From a virus, in IMG/VR virus record IMGVR_UViG_3300034101_006340, positions 96,001 through 160,000 of that record: a DNA stretch of 64,000 nt; one strand, written 5' to 3'. Of the stretch, positions 11,701 through 17,700 are shown one piece after another. The position numbers and the translations under genes were made by a program. The notes beneath the pieces are model-generated. The model saw only the letters and a program-made list of their open reading frames with translations, did no database searches and had not been told where the DNA came from. How positions within the stretch are numbered: position 1 is the first letter of the stretch; every line of letters starts with the position of its first letter.

Positions 11701-14700
11701 TCATTATTGATACAATACTATTGACATTAGTAGCAATATCTCTAAGTTCTGCATTTTGAAAAGTTAAAACTGCTTGTTGTAATCCTTCAACTATAAGCTT
11801 GGCATTACTTTGAGCAATTCTATCTGCTAGCGTAGCATCAAGTTGTCCTAACAATCTAGTAGCTTGAGATTGTTCCACAATGGCCTGATTATAGTATTGA
11901 ATTGCTGCTGCTGTTGCTGGATCTTGTTCTGGATTACGTAGACTATTGAGCACTTGTTGCATTAGTGGGGATACTCCCATCCCAGCTTCTTGAAGCATCG
12001 TTTCTAAAACATTGGCTCTGACTTGATTACCTTGTTGGCTGTCTCCTAAAAATGGTAAAATATCCTGTAGTGCTCCGAGGGTTTCTTTTCTTTCATTGGC
12101 GAAAGCTGCTTGAGCTTCTCTCATAGCTTCTGTAGCGCTTGCTCCACTTTCCAATGCTTGTATATAAGCTCTTTGTGCTCCAATACTATTTTGTATAGTA
12201 TTTTGTTGTCCATTTATATTTCGCTGTAGTCTGATTAAGGCGTTGTTTGTTGATTCTAATTCATCTGGTGTAGCAGTAACTATTTTCTCTAAAAAGCTAA
12301 CTCTTCCAGCGGCTTTTTGTTGGGCTTGTTGAATAGCGTCCAAAGCAGCACTGGCTTTTTCAGTGTTATTGGCCATATCTTCTAGCGCGGCTCTGTTTTC
12401 TCTGAGTGCTATATTAGTATTTTTTAGTTCATTATTGAACTTAACAAAATCGGCTGCGCCAGCTAGCCCTTGCTCGGCACTCTGTCGTACACTAGATTGT
12501 TGCATTTGTCTAGTGGTATCCAAAGCCAAAAATTGATTAAAAATATCTGTTGGATCTGTTAATCCACCGGTCTGTCCAGCAACCTCCGCATCTCGTTTGG
12601 CAAAAGCGTCCGCAACCTTTATAGTTTTACCAAGAGCTTTAGCTAAATTTAAACTAGCGTCTGTAACAAGTTGTATAGATTTTCTAGACCGGTCTCTGGC
12701 GCTGACTTCTAGTTCTATAATACGATTAAGATTATTAGTATATTGATTTAAAACACTTTGATAATGTTCTAATGCTTTTATAACGCTTTGTTGTGCATTT
12801 TTGGCTACTTCTGTGACGCTTCCTAGTCCAGCAATTTTTTCAGATAGTTTTGCATAATCAACACTATCTTCGCCTTCCTTGCGTATATCAGTAATACTAT
12901 CTCCAACTTCTTTGGCTAGTTTATCAGCTAATTCTGGTGGCAAACCTAGATCTTTTAATGTTGTTTTTAAGTTTCTGTCAATAATTCTAGTTAATGCTTC
13001 ATTAGTAACATTTCCTCCTTGATCTCTAAGAGTATTATTTATAGTAGACATTACCGATGAAGTAATAGTCTCACCAAAAGTTGCTAACTGCGTCATCTCC
13101 GCTGATCTATTACCATATAAAGCTCCTCCAACAGAAGCAGCTCTTTGTACTTCGGGAGCGCTGTATGCTGTAGGATTTTGAATAATATTTTTTGCACCTA
13201 AATTAATATCCCCGGCCTGTGCTTGACCTTGAAATGCGGAAGTTGATAATTCAACGCTATTTTTCATCTTTTCTAAAGAAAATACCGTTGCATTAATGGC
13301 TTGATCCATATTATTGAACATACGTTGTAATGAACGAGTGTAAACACCAACAAGATTTCCAAAATTTTTCTGCGTTTTTTCTCTTAAGGCGGTTTCACTT
13401 CGTTCTCTTAACATAGCTGTTCCGGTTATAGAAATAAGATCCTTAATTCGAGCTTGTCTAGCTTCTTCCGTTAAAGATGTATCTAGTTCAATAGATCTTA
13501 TATGAGTAGCTAGTGAAGCATCTGCCATAACTAAACTTCTCTTAAAATCTTCTGCTTCTGGTCCACCTAAAATATCTTCTACAGATTCTCCTGCTTTGAT
13601 TCTAGAAACAATAACTTGATTAATATTTTCAGCAACAGGCTTAAAGATTGCTGCTGATTCACGACCACTGACTGCTGATGTTCTACCACGAATATTTTCT
13701 AGACCTTGTTGTCCAGCAAATAAGGTTTTCAAATATGGAATAATACCTTCTGTTTCTAAAATTTGTCCTCGTGCTGATGCTTGTCTAGAAGCAGTAATAT
13801 CACCAGAAAAGAAACTTTGTAGATTGGCTGATAGAACATCCAGGCCATTCACCAAACCAGCGGAAGCACTGTCTTGACTCATTTGCCGTTGTCTTTCAGC
13901 TGCTTGAGCTGCTGTAATAACTTTGCTCTGAAGTTCATTTCTTAAATCTATTTGATTAACATCTTTGTTAAGTTTTTCAAATCCTTCAGCCAATCCTTCT
14001 ATTGCTGTTTCGACTCTTTTTTTCTCTAATTCTATTGCAAAATTACGTACAGCATTGTATGCTTGTCGTGCTGCTTCCGCAACCACGGCCAATACTTGTA
14101 ATCTACCAGCTACTCTCCCTATAGTCCCTGCAAAGTTAGCCATCCTAGGATTAGTTGCACGAAGACTATCTGCCATATTAGTAGCTTCTTGTATCAATTG
14201 TTGGGTTGCTCCATAAGTTTGAGAAGCACCAGCTATTGCTCCACCAACACCCGCTTCTGTTGCGCTAGATTTTGTATTTAAAACATCTGCAACTAGAGTT
14301 CCAACGGTCATAATAGCCATATTACGCATTGTTCTGGCTTGATATTCTGCTCCTTGTACTGCTCCTGGAGAAGTCGCCCCTTCTGCTGCGGCAGTACCTT
14401 CTACCGCTCGTCTTCTAGCACTAATTTCTTCGTCTAATGCCGCTCGTCTTGCTCTTGCAGTATCCTCATCAATAGCACCAGAGGCCAAATCAGCTTCTAT
14501 TCGTTGTCTAGTGGTTTGAGTTAATCTTTGGTTCATTTGATCCAAAGTTCTGCTATCTCTAGCCAAGATCTGAAATACTCTAGCTAAATCATCTCCATCC
14601 GCTCCTAAAGCATCTAAGTCTATTGATGTTCCAGTAACACCGCCACCGAATGCTACAGTTTCATATGCTTGTCTTCTTCTATCGTTTTCTCCTGCTCTAA

Positions 14701-17700
14701 GTTCAGCTTGAACTTCTTCTTCGGTTCTAGCAACTCCGGTTGTTGCCGATGGGGTGGTTCTAAGAGTAGCTTCAGCAGCCGCTCTTGCTCTATCAACCTG
14801 CTGTTGTACAAGACCCAGAGCATCTTGTATAGCGGCGCCTGAAATATCTCCTAATTGTTGTCTTATAGCAATTTCATTTTGCGTTGCTGTTGTTGCTTGT
14901 TGCACAGCTGTTTCTAAATCGAATATAACATCCGCAGCAGCACCAGCTGCTCTTGCAGCGGCTAAATCTGCCTGAGCCGCTCTTTCTGCTTCTGCCGCCG
15001 TGGCTTGATAGCTCCTATTCAATAAAGCAGCAGATCTTGATCCATTAACTCCTAATGCTTGTAATGTTTCTGCTAATTGCGTTAATGCTGTGGTAGCTTG
15101 TGTACTAGCACCTATAGTTTCAGCGGAAACTGTGTCTGGTCGTGCGGCCGGGGCTCGTCGGCCTCGTCCTCCAAAAAAGAATTTCTGGATTCGTCCACCG
15201 TTATTAAATCCTAATGCTTCGGTAGCTTTCTTGCGAATAACAAAACTACCAACCTCAAGAGGTACTGGACCAAATGTGTCAGTATTACCAGAGCCAGGAA
15301 CGATACCAACTCCTCCACCACTAGCATATCTATCAGCATAATTCATTTTATTAAGTTTAGCATATCCTATGCTTTTAGCTAGTTTCGGCCCTATTACAGC
15401 TTCGCCGGGTGTTAATAATGCTGGAACATAACCCCCGTCTGCAAATCTGCTTAATGGTCCACCAATATTTTTCTTACTTAATTTCATTCCCATAGAACGA
15501 ATAATATTATCTACTTCCGCATCAGATACTTCGCTACCATAGCTATCTAATAAAGCATATAGAGTTTCTGATAATCCTGTTATACGTCCTTGATTTGGAA
15601 CAGCAGCTCCTTTTAATAATGCCTGATAGTCTGGCAAGGCTTTTTGTGCTTTAGATAATTTGCGTTGTATCGAAGCTTTTTCATCGGGATCAGTTTCTGA
15701 TGCCAGATCGTTTTGCAATTGGGATATGTATCCTGGGAAAGATTTTTGAATATGACTATCTATAGCTTGATCAAAAGATAATTGACCCGTCTTTTTAAAT
15801 GATCCTATGGCTTCTTCTGCTTGAGTATAAACTAAATTGCCTGCTTCGGCAGCGAGTGCGGCATTAGCCCGTGCTTCCCTAGCACTAGCCGCAGGTGTTT
15901 TAGTTGCTGTTGCTCGACCAAACGGCAGAATTTCTTCTATCTCAGAATACCATCCATCATATTGTTTTATTAAATCTGGTTTCAGTGCTTCAAAAGCATC
16001 TGGTTCAATATTATCAGGTATTTTTACTAATTTTTTACCCAAAGACATTCCTGCTCCACCAGATTCAAACACCCATTGCTGAATTTTTTGTGCATACTCT
16101 GCTAATGGTTTTGGTAATGGTACACCAAGATGATTTCCCCATCCAGGACCACCATATTCTCCGGCTTGGGCATATGCTTGCTCTGCAAATAATTCGTATT
16201 GTTTTGGTTCAAGAGGCACAAAACCTTTTGGTCCACGAGATCCTCGTCTAATATTTTTGGTAGATCTATCTTTAACACCTCCGGGAGAACCGTCTTCAAA
16301 GCCCTGTACTAATCCACCCAAATTAAATCTATCAGGATTTTCTGTAAAATATCTTTCAAACTCGCTTCTTGCTTTATCAAAAGCGCTGCCGTTTAATGTT
16401 CTCTTAACTTCTGTTTCTATATTAGATGGTAAATTAAATAAAGAGGCCGCATTACCAAGACCAGCGGGAAAATCTATGGCCCTAGTAGCTTCTAGAGCAT
16501 CTACGTTGATTTGATAGCCTAATTTTTGAGCTAACGCCTGTTCTAATAACGATCCCTCGATATTACCTTCACCAGTTTTGGTATACATTTTTTGATCATC
16601 AAAAGATTCTGGTTCTTGGTATCGATATGACTGAACTCCTTTTTTCTCTGCTGCTTTAATATTTTCTTCATTATCATCAATAAATTTTTCAATAGCTGCT
16701 AAATTAGCAGCTTTTCCTGCGGCAATATTTGTTCCAAGCCCTTTGCTTACGCCGGTAATATCGGTAGCTTGATATGGCAACCCGAATCTATTTAATGTGG
16801 CGGCAACTAAATCGGCTGTGGTTTGTGGTCTTGCTGTTAAAACCCTAGTAAGTCTTCTAACTATGCCTGGATTTTTTTGTTCAACCTCGGACAATCTTTG
16901 TGCAAGTCTTGAGGGCCTAGCTTTTGCTAAACTTGCTTCTACTTTATCTCTTAAAGAATAACTAGCAATATCTTCTTTACCGCTCTCATCGACCATTTTT
17001 GTTCCAAAAGCTAATGTTTCATCAAAATCTATAGCTAGTGGTCTAATTGGTCCAACAATTGGTGCTTCTGTTTGACTTAATGGTCCTAGTGCTTCTGTTG
17101 CTGTTGTATCTTTAGCAAAATCTAGACTGGCTTGTCTTTGTCTTTCTCTTAATTTTTTAACATCTCCTAGATACTGTTTACTAAATCCTCTAATCATTGC
17201 AGTATATTTTTGACCGTTCAATGGATTGTCTGGACCAAGATCTAGCGTCCATTCTTTATCACTGCTATAATCTATTGGTTGCAACCCTGCTATGGCTACT
17301 TTTCTTAATCCTCTTTTACGAGTTTTTTCGTCTGTATCAACTTGTTTAGCTTTATTCAAAATACCAGCGACAACCAAAGGATCAAGTCTGCCGGTAAGAA
17401 TACCGTCTTTTCTAAGTTTTCTTTGTAAATTAGAGGGAATAGCAACTCCACGATCCCGTATTCCTGCTTCATTACCAAGATCTGCTAATGTTTTTACTAA
17501 AGTGTCTGTTATAGCCTGTTGAATAGACTGATCTTGTTTTTTATTTTTGATAGCAATCTGACCAATTTCACCATATTGTTCTACTATTACAGGGTCTATC
17601 TCTTCTGTTTCTCCGCCAACAGCAAATTTTTGAATTAGTCCACCAAAAAATTTTTTCTTTTTGCCAGAATTCGCCTTGAACGATCCTCCTGCGCCTGTGA

